Made by a program: the position numbers and the translations under genes. Source: a virus. From it: DNA of 64,000 nucleotides. Below the pieces are notes generated by a model, which searched no databases, was not told where the DNA came from, and saw only the letters and a program-made list of their open reading frames with translations. The stretch covers positions 15,616 to 79,615 of IMG/VR virus record IMGVR_UViG_3300030117_006141, one strand, 5' to 3'. Position 1 is the stretch's first letter; each line of letters starts with the position of its first letter. Positions 49,705-57,946 of the stretch are shown here, piece after piece.

Positions 49705-49928
49705 TCCGTATTATTTAAGCACGGCTACTTATGTTAAAAATAAAGGCTCTTGGTCGGTTAAATAAGCCAATTAGCATTGTGAGGACTTTTAACCTTAACA
49801 TCCTATACCACGTGAAGGTGGCCTTTGTCATAGGACTACGGAAGTCTGATTGGTGTGAGGCTGCTTTCAGCTGATGCCGGTCTTAGCCATACTGACACAC
49901 TCTTTTTCACGTCCCTTCCGTATTATTT
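49705..49928 (-). ncRNA. Candidate structured cis-regulatory RNA / ncRNA
   Basis: GC-richer intergenic segment with nested stems TACGGAAG/CTTCCGTA, GTGTG/CACAC, CCTAT/ATAGG, CCAC/GTGG, ATGTTAA/TTAACAT, GGTTAAA/TTTAACC. Confidence 0.5.
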
Positions 49929-49932
49929 TTTA

Positions 49933-50118
49933 TTATTCAGGGCGCTTGCTATCATACTCTTCCTGAACTTCATCGAATTTTTCTTTCCATGCAGCTTGTT
50001 CTATAGGACTCATTCCCTCAAACCAATCACTCCAGTCTCCTGCTTTAGTATCCCTATATACTTTCCATATATTAGATTTCAACTGTTCTATTAAGAATTT
50101 ATTCGATTTTATTTCCAT
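49933..50118 (-). CDS. Hypothetical protein
   Basis: 61-aa ORF. Confidence 0.45.
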   Translation of the reverse strand: MEIKSNKFLIEQLKSNIWKVYRDTKAGDWSDWFEGMSPIEQAAWKEKFDEVQEEYDSKRPE

Positions 50119-50121
50119 ATA

Positions 50122-50508
50122 CTATTTCCCTTTGTCTAAATAATTCTGCCACCAACCAGTGAATGCAAATAATGCAGTAAAACTACCAAACATATATAAT
50201 ACGAACCAAGGTGTGTAAGTCATATCGCCATGCCATATAACTGGTGCTGCCATAACAACCATCCATAATAAAAAGAAAATAAGTGGGTTTCTTTCCATTT
50301 TCTTTTCAATTTTAATTGTTCTTTCCGTATTGATTAATCTAGATAATGCATCCTGCATATCCTTACCATAACATGGTTGTGTATGCTTAGTTCCATCCTT
50401 TTCCAATATCGTTACTTGATATTTTAGATAACCTGGATTAGATTTACTTTTCTCAATCAATCTGCAGTCTACTGCTCTTCTTCTAGTGTATTTACTCTTT
50501 TTACTCAT
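50122..50508 (-). CDS. Membrane protein
   Basis: Two C-terminal TMs. Promoter at 50523-50554. Confidence 0.55.
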   Translation of the reverse strand: MSKKSKYTRRRAVDCRLIEKSKSNPGYLKYQVTILEKDGTKHTQPCYGKDMQDALSRLINTERTIKIEKKMERNPLIFFLLWMVVMAAPVIWHGDMTYTPWFVLYMFGSFTALFAFTGWWQNYLDKGK

Positions 50509-50553
50509 AACTTATTTTTTATTTAATATACAACTTATTTTTCAATTATCCAA

Positions 50554-51432
50554 CTATAAACAGGAAAAATATCGTTCTCCTCTGTCACATAGTATTGTTA
50601 TAGCATTCTGTTTATCATTATCCCTTAGCCATTCAAATGCTGCTTTAACATTAGCTCCCGCGCTTATTCCTACAAATAGACCTTTTTTTAAAGCCAAATG
50701 TTTTGCGACTGCTTTTGCACAATCTGTTTTTACTGTCTTTATCTCGTCTACGAAATCTAGATTTACTAGGAATTTGGATCCATCTCCTATTCCCTGTATC
50801 CCATGAAGTCCTGGTTGACCTCCTGACATGACCGCACTCTCCTCCGGCTCTACGGCAATAATCTTCGTATCCTTCCAGAACTCTTTGAAGCGTTTTCCGC
50901 AACCCATTAAAGTTCCTCCTGTGCCTGTACCTAAAATAAATGCGTCTGGCGCTGTTAATTTTTTCCATTGTTTCCAAATTTCTATACTTGTCGTATTATA
51001 ATGTGCTAATATATTTAATGGATTATGAAATTGATTGCAATTAAACCAATTGTTTTCTTTACATAACCTATCTCTTAATTCTATAGCTCCATCAAAATCC
51101 CCATCCTCTACTTCTATCAATTCTGAGCCGTAATACTCAAACATCTTTTTCCTTTCGACGCTCATATTAGAAGGCATAACAATTTTCATTCTATACCCTC
51201 TTTCTGCCGCTAACATTGCAAATGCTATTCCAGTGTTACCTGATGTTGCTTCGCAAAGAGTATCACCTCTTTTTATTTTATTATTTGCTTCTGCATCATT
51301 TATTATATAAGTTGCCATTCGATCTTTAACAGATCCTCCCGGATTCATAAATTCAGCTTTGCCCCAGACTGTCAGCTCTCCTAATGTAATAGGAATTAGT
51401 GGTGTGTTGCCAACATAACTGGATAGTCTCAT
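50554..51432 (-). CDS. cysK: Cysteine synthase (PLP-dependent, CysK/CysM family), auxiliary metabolic gene
   Basis: VGNTPL, NPGGSVKDR (PLP lysine), EATSGNTG, GTGTGGT, HGIQGIG. Likely start MRLSSY at 51432. Confidence 0.93.
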   Translation of the reverse strand: MRLSSYVGNTPLIPITLGELTVWGKAEFMNPGGSVKDRMATYIINDAEANNKIKRGDTLCEATSGNTGIAFAMLAAERGYRMKIVMPSNMSVERKKMFEYYGSELIEVEDGDFDGAIELRDRLCKENNWFNCNQFHNPLNILAHYNTTSIEIWKQWKKLTAPDAFILGTGTGGTLMGCGKRFKEFWKDTKIIAVEPEESAVMSGGQPGLHGIQGIGDGSKFLVNLDFVDEIKTVKTDCAKAVAKHLALKKGLFVGISAGANVKAAFEWLRDNDKQNAITILCDRGERYFSCL

Positions 51433-51616
51433 TTTACGTTTTCCCTGAACCTTTATAACGTTTACTATTATAAATATGTCGCACCAGTGCAAATAGAGCA
51501 GCACAAATCGCTACCATAAATCCACCTATTATATTATATATAAAATAAGCTCCTCGCATACCCCAATATATAAATCCTAGACATAATATTATACTTATCA
51601 TTTAATTTTATTTTTG

Positions 51617-51690
51617 TGGAGAATATCGGAGTCGAACCGATGACCTCTTGGATGCAAACCAAGCGCTCTAGCCAGCTGAGCTAATTCCCC
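51617..51690 (-). tRNA. tRNA-Ala(UGC)
   Basis: GGGGAATTAGCTCAGCTGGCTAGAGCGCTTGGTTTGCATCCAAGAGGTCATCGGTTCGACTCCGATATTCTCCA. G3-U70, anticodon TGC, CCA not fully encoded. Confidence 0.95.
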
Positions 51691-52067
51691 ATTATTTCTA
51701 ATTTAATTTCTTTTACATGTTTACAATCAGTATGTGGTCTATACATAGCAGATGGGCAAGAACACTTTAAGGATCCTGTGGCATCTGCTTTAATAATATA
51801 TTCCTTATCACCTTTACTAGATAATACCTTATATTCTTTATCAGAGCTAACCTTAACCTCTTTTTCTTTAGGTTCCCATGGTATATGTTTAATATCTTCT
51901 CTCTTAACATCTTCATCAGGACCTAATTCATACCAAGCAGGCATTATATATCTTTTACCATTTAATTCCATAATACCTGGTGGATATATACTATCTATAA
52001 GAGTATAAGTCCTCTCGGGCTTATCCATACCATATTGAAACCATTCTGATACTACTACCTTAGCCAT
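51681..52067 (-). CDS. SWIM zinc-finger protein
   Basis: CSCPS...CKHV. Last codons overlap the tRNA 5' end. Confidence 0.7.
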   Translation of the reverse strand: MAKVVVSEWFQYGMDKPERTYTLIDSIYPPGIMELNGKRYIMPAWYELGPDEDVKREDIKHIPWEPKEKEVKVSSDKEYKVLSSKGDKEYIIKADATGSLKCSCPSAMYRPHTDCKHVKEIKLEIMGN

Positions 52068-52068
52068 A

Positions 52069-52365
52069 TTATAGAAACATTTTATGAACCTCTTTTACTG
52101 CCCATTTACCATTATCCTTCTTAACCAACCATCTATATCTTCCATCAAACACTCTTTTACGTGGTTCTTTTAAGCTTTTTAAGTGGTGACAAAAACTACC
52201 ACCTCTATTTTTAACAGGATCATATTCCTTATACTCATGTATATCTTGGTGATAAAATCTATTCATCTCTGTGAATGTTGCTTCACCTAAAAATTCCACA
52301 TAATCTAATATAGATGATGTAATTTCTCCCGTCTTCCACTTTACTACTCCGTTAACTGTTATCAT
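52069..52365 (-). CDS. Hypothetical protein
   Basis: 98-aa ORF with own promoter (52392-52423). Confidence 0.5.
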   Translation of the reverse strand: MITVNGVVKWKTGEITSSILDYVEFLGEATFTEMNRFYHQDIHEYKEYDPVKNRGGSFCHHLKSLKEPRKRVFDGRYRWLVKKDNGKWAVKEVHKMFL

Positions 52366-52448
52366 ATTATTTTATTTTTTTATTTATAATATAAAAATAC
52401 GTAAATTAATTGAATTATACACGCTTTTTCATAAAAAGTTATGAACAA

Positions 52449-53735
52449 TTATACTGTTCTACCATTTTCGTAAATATGTTTTACTGTTGGAAATCTTAAT
52501 GATATTCCACCATCTTGATTCTTTGTCTCTTCAAAGTATTGAACCGTAATAGTCTTACCCAAGATCTTACTATGATCTTTACCGAACTCTTTTCTTTGTT
52601 CTAAAGAGAATCCTGATCCAACTCCAACCTGATGACCTTTATGTTTAATCATAATTTGGCTTAAAGCATTTATAGTCTTTTCTTTACCTTCTGATACTAT
52701 TCTAATATCTCCATTAGTAGCTCCCATAACCGTATATTCTTCATCATGGAACTTCTTAACCTTTAATAGATTATTAGATCTCTTACCTTCATATGCTACA
52801 TTCTTTCTTAACATAACACCTTCCCAATTATTATCAGCAGACATTTGAACCCATGTATCAAAATGATCATCACCTGTTATAACAAATTGCTGTAGATATT
52901 CTATATACGTAGAATCGGTTCTACTAATCCAAGATCTTAACATATGTAATCTATCTTCTAAATTAATAGATTCATCACCATTAAATACATTTAAAGATAC
53001 CATATCAAATATCTTAAATACTGGATTCTCGATAGTGTGATCTTTCTTTTTAATCTGTTTCATCACACTTTGAAAATCTTCATTACCATTTTCATCTACT
53101 AAACATATCTCACCATCAAATACAACATTAATAATATTAGTATCTTCAATAGCTTTCTTTACATTATCTAATGTAGTAAATTCATTTCCTTGTCTAGAAT
53201 ATAATTTACAATTACCTTCTTCATCGACAATAGCTAAACATCTTACACCATCTAATTTTCTAGAAGCATACCAAGTATCATTCCAATCTACTAACTTAGG
53301 ATTATATGAATTAGCTAAAGCTACTTTGAATTCAGGTATTAAATTAGGTATAACCTTATTAATAACAGATTCAGATGCTCTTAATTCTATATTTCTATCT
53401 AATATATTATAGATTAAATCGGCATAATCTTTATTAGCCGTTACGAAACCATTTACCAATGCTATAGCATCATGACCTGTATATTTTCTATTTCTCAGAT
53501 CGTCTAACATATCAAAAATATTTTCATATACATTATACTTAAATAATCCAGAATTTTTCTTACAATTCTTACTTGTAACATGATATTTGAAATATGGATT
53601 ATAAGTGTAGTGTAATACTTTTGTAATAAACGAATCATCTTTTATAGATTTGATGATTTCTTTTTTCTCATTCAGAGATGATGTAGATTTCATTTTATCT
53701 ACAAATTCCTGTAACCTTTTTAATTCTTTTAGCAT
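52449..53735 (-). CDS. lig: ATP-dependent DNA ligase
   Basis: KLDGVR, FDGEI, IFD, EGVMLR, LLKVK, GVGSGF, SLRFP. Likely start MLKELK at 53735. Confidence 0.93.
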   Translation of the reverse strand: MLKELKRLQEFVDKMKSTSSLNEKKEIIKSIKDDSFITKVLHYTYNPYFKYHVTSKNCKKNSGLFKYNVYENIFDMLDDLRNRKYTGHDAIALVNGFVTANKDYADLIYNILDRNIELRASESVINKVIPNLIPEFKVALANSYNPKLVDWNDTWYASRKLDGVRCLAIVDEEGNCKLYSRQGNEFTTLDNVKKAIEDTNIINVVFDGEICLVDENGNEDFQSVMKQIKKKDHTIENPVFKIFDMVSLNVFNGDESINLEDRLHMLRSWISRTDSTYIEYLQQFVITGDDHFDTWVQMSADNNWEGVMLRKNVAYEGKRSNNLLKVKKFHDEEYTVMGATNGDIRIVSEGKEKTINALSQIMIKHKGHQVGVGSGFSLEQRKEFGKDHSKILGKTITVQYFEETKNQDGGISLRFPTVKHIYENGRTV

Positions 53736-53770
53736 ATCTATATCTTTAATTAACACTCTTATTTATAATA

Positions 53771-53835
53771 TAAATATACGTAAAATAATTGAATTATCCA
53801 AATATTTTAACAGGTTTTTTCAAAAGTTATGAACA
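53771..53835 (-). promoter_or_regulatory. Host-type (Bacteroidota -33/-7) promoter plus upstream TGTTCATAAC box; exemplar of a 15-copy family
   Basis: TTTG-N20-TATATTTA. Same spacing at 10900, 34131, 36164, 39105, 43244, 43403, 44702, 46405, 46618, 46734, 48778, 50523, 52392, 54592. Confidence 0.8.
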
Positions 53836-53839
53836 ATTT

Positions 53840-54334
53840 TTATAATTTTCTATGCTTTTTACCTATAGGATTTCCTACTGTTAAGTAGTAACAATTATAA
53901 CATAATAGCTGTAAATTATCTAATACATGATTAGTTACATCACCATCTTTATGATCTAATAGTAATGGAACAGTCATATCTGTAATTCTTTTCTCTTCCA
54001 TACCACACGTAACACATTTTTCTTCTAGTAGAGCTTCTCTAATTAGTCTGAATTTTAATTTAGATGTTGGGTATTTAGGATGTTTACCTTCTATTATCTC
54101 TTGTAATGGATATTTGGCTTTATCACCCTTCTGGATCTTACGTAAACCTTTTCCTGATTGATTCTTATGTTTTTCGAATAGGGAATTGCCATCTTTATCT
54201 TTATATAAAGATGCATACTTTTTATATGTGTCGTAATGAACTCTAAGAAATCTCGATGCCTCTAAATTAGACTGAGTATTCTTTATAGCTCGTTCGACAT
54301 CACTTTGTAATAATATTTTTGGCTTTCTTGGCAT
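53840..54334 (-). CDS. HNH endonuclease-like protein
   Basis: CVTC...LDHKDGDVTNHVLDNLQLLCYNC. HTH-like N-terminus. Confidence 0.8.
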   Translation of the reverse strand: MPRKPKILLQSDVERAIKNTQSNLEASRFLRVHYDTYKKYASLYKDKDGNSLFEKHKNQSGKGLRKIQKGDKAKYPLQEIIEGKHPKYPTSKLKFRLIREALLEEKCVTCGMEEKRITDMTVPLLLDHKDGDVTNHVLDNLQLLCYNCYYLTVGNPIGKKHRKL

Positions 54335-54389
54335 AATATATAATTAATTTCGTAACCTTCTCCTGCTGTTGTTGTCGTTGTCCACATTT

Positions 54390-54587
54390 CTATAACCCTC
54401 TATTTACTATAGTTCTTTTAGTAGAACATATATGTCTTAATTTTTTAGCTATTTCTTCTTCATTGAATACTTTTCTGAAATTATCTATATAATTGTAAGC
54501 ACATGTAACATGATCATTAGTCTTACAGCTATTAATTATAGCCAAAGCTTTATTAAATGCAGCTCGTTTCTTCTCTCTAGTATTCAT
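54390..54587 (-). CDS. Hypothetical protein
   Basis: Likely start MNTREK just after promoter 54592-54623. Confidence 0.5.
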   Translation of the reverse strand: MNTREKKRAAFNKALAIINSCKTNDHVTCAYNYIDNFRKVFNEEEIAKKLRHICSTKRTIVNRGL

Positions 54588-54624
54588 GATATTAATATAC
54601 AAAAAATAATTTAATTATACAAAT

Positions 54625-54846
54625 TTATATATATTTTTGTGATTTTAAGTATTTAGACAATTTAAGCATAGCTTTACCAACATCCGTGACATGTTTTTTG
54701 TATTGCTTATCATCTACTAAATATCTTTTAGATAGTTCTAGCATGTCATGATATGCTACATCCAATTCCAGATGGGCTTTATTTACCCTACTATCCATTT
54801 TGGATCCACCCGACCTTTGTTCTTTTAATATGTTTTTTAATTTCAT
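54625..54846 (-). CDS. Putative internal head protein
   Basis: N-terminus MKLKNILKEQ shared with neighbours. Confidence 0.45.
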   Translation of the reverse strand: MKLKNILKEQRSGGSKMDSRVNKAHLELDVAYHDMLELSKRYLVDDKQYKKHVTDVGKAMLKLSKYLKSQKYI

Positions 54847-54855
54847 ATCTATCCC

Positions 54856-57534
54856 CTATTTAATAGTTTTACCGTTGATTTTTTTAATAGGATCTTGTCT
54901 AAGATCTAATTCTGGTCCCTTGTCTAGGAATACAGTATATTCTCTAACAGCTACTACTTTAGCAGTTACATTTTTAGATACCTTTCCAAATTGAAAGTGT
55001 TGATCATATGTTATTTTATCACCTTTTTTAAGCTTCAATTTACCTGAAAGAAATTTAGTTTGACTTGGTGTCATTTGTTCCTTTATTTCCTTTTTGATCA
55101 TAATATCGATAACAGAATCAGTAGGTTCTGGTTTAGGTTCATACCATCTATCTTCAGTCTTTTCAATATCTTGAACCTTTGGTTCATCATTACCCGTAAA
55201 TTTATCTATTAGTGGTTTTACTGTTTTCTTTATAAAATTAGCCATTTTTAATAGACCTTGTTCATCTAATTTGCGTTCCTTATATATCTTAATAGCTTCT
55301 TCTGCGATCATTCTATCTAACGACTCATTTTGCTGCTTATTTTGTTTTTTCCATGCATCTTCCCAATCTTCCTCACCTTGCTGTACCTGTATTTTCTTAC
55401 CTTCTTCCTCACCAGCAGTTTTCCCTTTTTCAAATGCATCATCAACAGCATCTTTATGATATTTATGGATATCTGAAACGGTCAAAGCTATATTTCCTAT
55501 AGGATTCGTCCTCATAAGCGCATTTCCTAACCATCTGCCGGCCGTCTCGTACCATTTTGGCTCTTGATCTTTGAATTTCTGATATTGACTAATTATTTTA
55601 GCTGTTTCTGCATCCTTCATCATATCTTGTATATTTTCATATTCCTGTTCAATCATTAGATCTAATGATTCAGGAAGTGTATTTTGTCTAATCCACTCTT
55701 CATCCCATTCCTTTTCTGCCTGTTTCTTCTTTGCAATTTCTTCAGGATCAGGAAAATTAAAAACTTTCACAATTTCGTCTGCAGAAAGATTTCCGCCCCT
55801 GTCTGATTTAGGTTTATTACTTATAGCATAATTTCTATCAAATTTCAATTCTAGCTGTTCAATCATTTTATCTAATGATTCATTTTTTTTCTTTTTATTT
55901 TGCCTTATCCACTCGTCCTGAAAATCTTCATCGCTTTGGTCTATTTGTTTATTGACACCGTCTTCATATCCCTTATCATAAACTTTTTTTGCCTTGTCAT
56001 GAATTTTATCAGCTACTGTCTTTACTCCACCTATCATCATATTATTAAGCCACATCTGTTCCTTAACCGTTATCTTATGACTAGGACTAGAATTTTTGGC
56101 AATTAAAACATTTTCTTTTTTTAACATTATAGCTAATGCTCTACCAAACTTTTGCCTATCTGTTATTCTAGAGAATTCTTTATTATTAGTTTTCTTAGCC
56201 CATTCCATCCATATATCACTTAATTTATTCCAAAGTTTACCTGGACTATCTTTGTGTTTTAATAGTTCTTTCTTAAGTCTTCCTCTATTCTTGTATGCCC
56301 ATTTCTTAAAATCAAAAAATACAAATTCATTTGGTGTTGTTTGTGGGAATGGAACACCTTCGTTTATCGCACCTTCTTTAATCTGAACTCTGTTATGGTT
56401 TTTTAATTTCTCATCAAGTTCAGAATTGGATAGTGCATCTCCCTTAACACCTTCACCATATGTAGCCTTCCACGATAATGGAGTCCATTTTTCCCACGTC
56501 TCACCTTTAGCTCCTGATTTATGTCCTGTAAAGTGTATCATTGCACCCACCTTAGCTTTCTCTGCAAATTTTCTTGGTGGCTTTTGAATTTTATATTTTC
56601 TATAATCTTTCCACATTCCTTGAGAAGAAAGTTTTACTTGTTCGTTTATCGCACCTTCTTTAATCTTAGATACTATATTTTTCCATTCTTGTTTTAATTT
56701 ACTAGAGCTTGCTCTTCTCCCCTTGAAGAATCTTTCAATACCCCAAGCATTAGCTGGTTTAATTAAAGCATGGATTCTACCTTTTAATATTTGTTTTCCA
56801 TACTTTCTACCAAAAGATGAACTCTTTATCCAATCCATAATAGCTTCTGCCATATCCTTAGATATTTTGAAACCTTCTATAGATGTTGTTCTTCCTTTGA
56901 TTACATCTTCTAATCCTGCTTTTACAGATATCTCATTTAATTTGCCTTCATTAATAAATGACATCCAATTATATCCTGCGATGCCCAATACTGTTGGTGC
57001 ATTTGTTTGACGACCATCATCATCATACTTATATAATTTACTTACAGCTTTTTTTATCTTTGCACGATCTGCATATTTTGTATATGCTACAAATAATTTA
57101 TTATCTTTTACATTTGCATTTTCTACAGACTTGATAGGCTTTAATAACTTTAGAACTTTGCTAGCATCTTTCATAGTTAATTTAGCTTCATCTAATTTGC
57201 CTTCTGATAATATAGATTTAGTATTGCTAATCATTCTAATAGACTCCTTAACCTTCTTTTTATCATAATCCTTATTAACCTGTTTAAGTAATTCCTTAAA
57301 TTCCTTTCCCAGTTCATCAAGATCGTTCATTACCTTTTTATGAAGCTGTCTTTGTTGAGATGTATTTAGATCCGGAAATATACTTCTGAAATTTTTATGT
57401 AGGTTTTTATAATCTTTTGCAGCTGCTTTATATAATTTTTTGCTTTTTCTAGGGATAGGTAAAGCTATACCTATATCTAGTAAACCAAATAATAATGCTA
57501 ATATGTCCTCATTTAATACTTGCTTATTGTTCAT
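54856..57534 (-). CDS. Modular putative internal head (poly)protein
   Basis: 892 aa with repeated linkers EGKL(D/N)E, IKEGAINE, ESLDxMI and EWIRQN. Confidence 0.5.
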   Translation of the reverse strand: MNNKQVLNEDILALLFGLLDIGIALPIPRKSKKLYKAAAKDYKNLHKNFRSIFPDLNTSQQRQLHKKVMNDLDELGKEFKELLKQVNKDYDKKKVKESIRMISNTKSILSEGKLDEAKLTMKDASKVLKLLKPIKSVENANVKDNKLFVAYTKYADRAKIKKAVSKLYKYDDDGRQTNAPTVLGIAGYNWMSFINEGKLNEISVKAGLEDVIKGRTTSIEGFKISKDMAEAIMDWIKSSSFGRKYGKQILKGRIHALIKPANAWGIERFFKGRRASSSKLKQEWKNIVSKIKEGAINEQVKLSSQGMWKDYRKYKIQKPPRKFAEKAKVGAMIHFTGHKSGAKGETWEKWTPLSWKATYGEGVKGDALSNSELDEKLKNHNRVQIKEGAINEGVPFPQTTPNEFVFFDFKKWAYKNRGRLKKELLKHKDSPGKLWNKLSDIWMEWAKKTNNKEFSRITDRQKFGRALAIMLKKENVLIAKNSSPSHKITVKEQMWLNNMMIGGVKTVADKIHDKAKKVYDKGYEDGVNKQIDQSDEDFQDEWIRQNKKKKNESLDKMIEQLELKFDRNYAISNKPKSDRGGNLSADEIVKVFNFPDPEEIAKKKQAEKEWDEEWIRQNTLPESLDLMIEQEYENIQDMMKDAETAKIISQYQKFKDQEPKWYETAGRWLGNALMRTNPIGNIALTVSDIHKYHKDAVDDAFEKGKTAGEEEGKKIQVQQGEEDWEDAWKKQNKQQNESLDRMIAEEAIKIYKERKLDEQGLLKMANFIKKTVKPLIDKFTGNDEPKVQDIEKTEDRWYEPKPEPTDSVIDIMIKKEIKEQMTPSQTKFLSGKLKLKKGDKITYDQHFQFGKVSKNVTAKVVAVREYTVFLDKGPELDLRQDPIKKINGKTIK
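56360..56666. repeat. About 25-bp direct repeat encoding IKEGAINE within the 892-aa ORF
   Basis: tcgtttatcgcaccttctttaatct at about 56360 and about 56642. Confidence 0.75.
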
Positions 57535-57946
57535 CTATCATACTCGCATTATACTCATTAAACTTTACACCATTTCTATATTCAAACTGTTTTATACCCA
57601 ACTTAGCTGAATCTTTATATCCCTTATCCCATAAATAACATACAGCCCACCAATCAGCCATAGTCTCATCTCTATTTTCTGGAGTATGTCCCATTCTTAG
57701 ATGTGCTATTTCATGGGCCTGTACAAATAGAAAATGGTCGTTAGACCACCCCTCTCTTTCTGCTTCTTCTCCATCTATATAAATTATTCTACTATCTATA
57801 TCTATAAATGCCTCACCATGTTTGCTAAAAATATGTTTTATTTTTTTATATATAGGATCCCCCTTCTTAGTGATTATCATCTTAATTGATGCATCTAATT
57901 CACTAGGTTCTTCTTTATACTCATATAATCTTTTTAGGCTAATCAT
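57524..57946 (-). CDS. HExxH metallopeptidase-like protein
   Basis: FVQAHEIAH...ETMAD. N-terminus MISLKRLYE. Confidence 0.6.
   Translation of the reverse strand: MISLKRLYEYKEEPSELDASIKMIITKKGDPIYKKIKHIFSKHGEAFIDIDSRIIYIDGEEAEREGWSNDHFLFVQAHEIAHLRMGHTPENRDETMADWWAVCYLWDKGYKDSAKLGIKQFEYRNGVKFNEYNASMIDEQ

Noticed and set aside
39080-49888. CTAAGACCGGC occurring at about 39081 and 49876 (minus strand) and 41891 (plus strand, inside the vWA gene), suggesting antisense targeting
   Set aside because: An 11-13-nt match is not clearly beyond chance in 64 kb and has no supporting context.
49840-49925. Resemblance to a c-di-GMP-I riboswitch (GGGACG..AAAG, GGCUAAG) or a hammerhead
   Set aside because: The GGCAAA/P2 GNRA architecture and the CUGAUGA...GAAA core are not present in the right order.
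43240-53840. CRISPR array or integron attC interpretation of the intergenic repeats
   Set aside because: The repeats are dispersed promoter and operator motifs. There is no regular spacer periodicity and no cas or integrase gene in the window.
53840-54334. HNH as part of a self-splicing intron in the ligase gene
   Set aside because: The ligase is intact and has its own promoter. The HNH is free-standing upstream with no intron-like structure.
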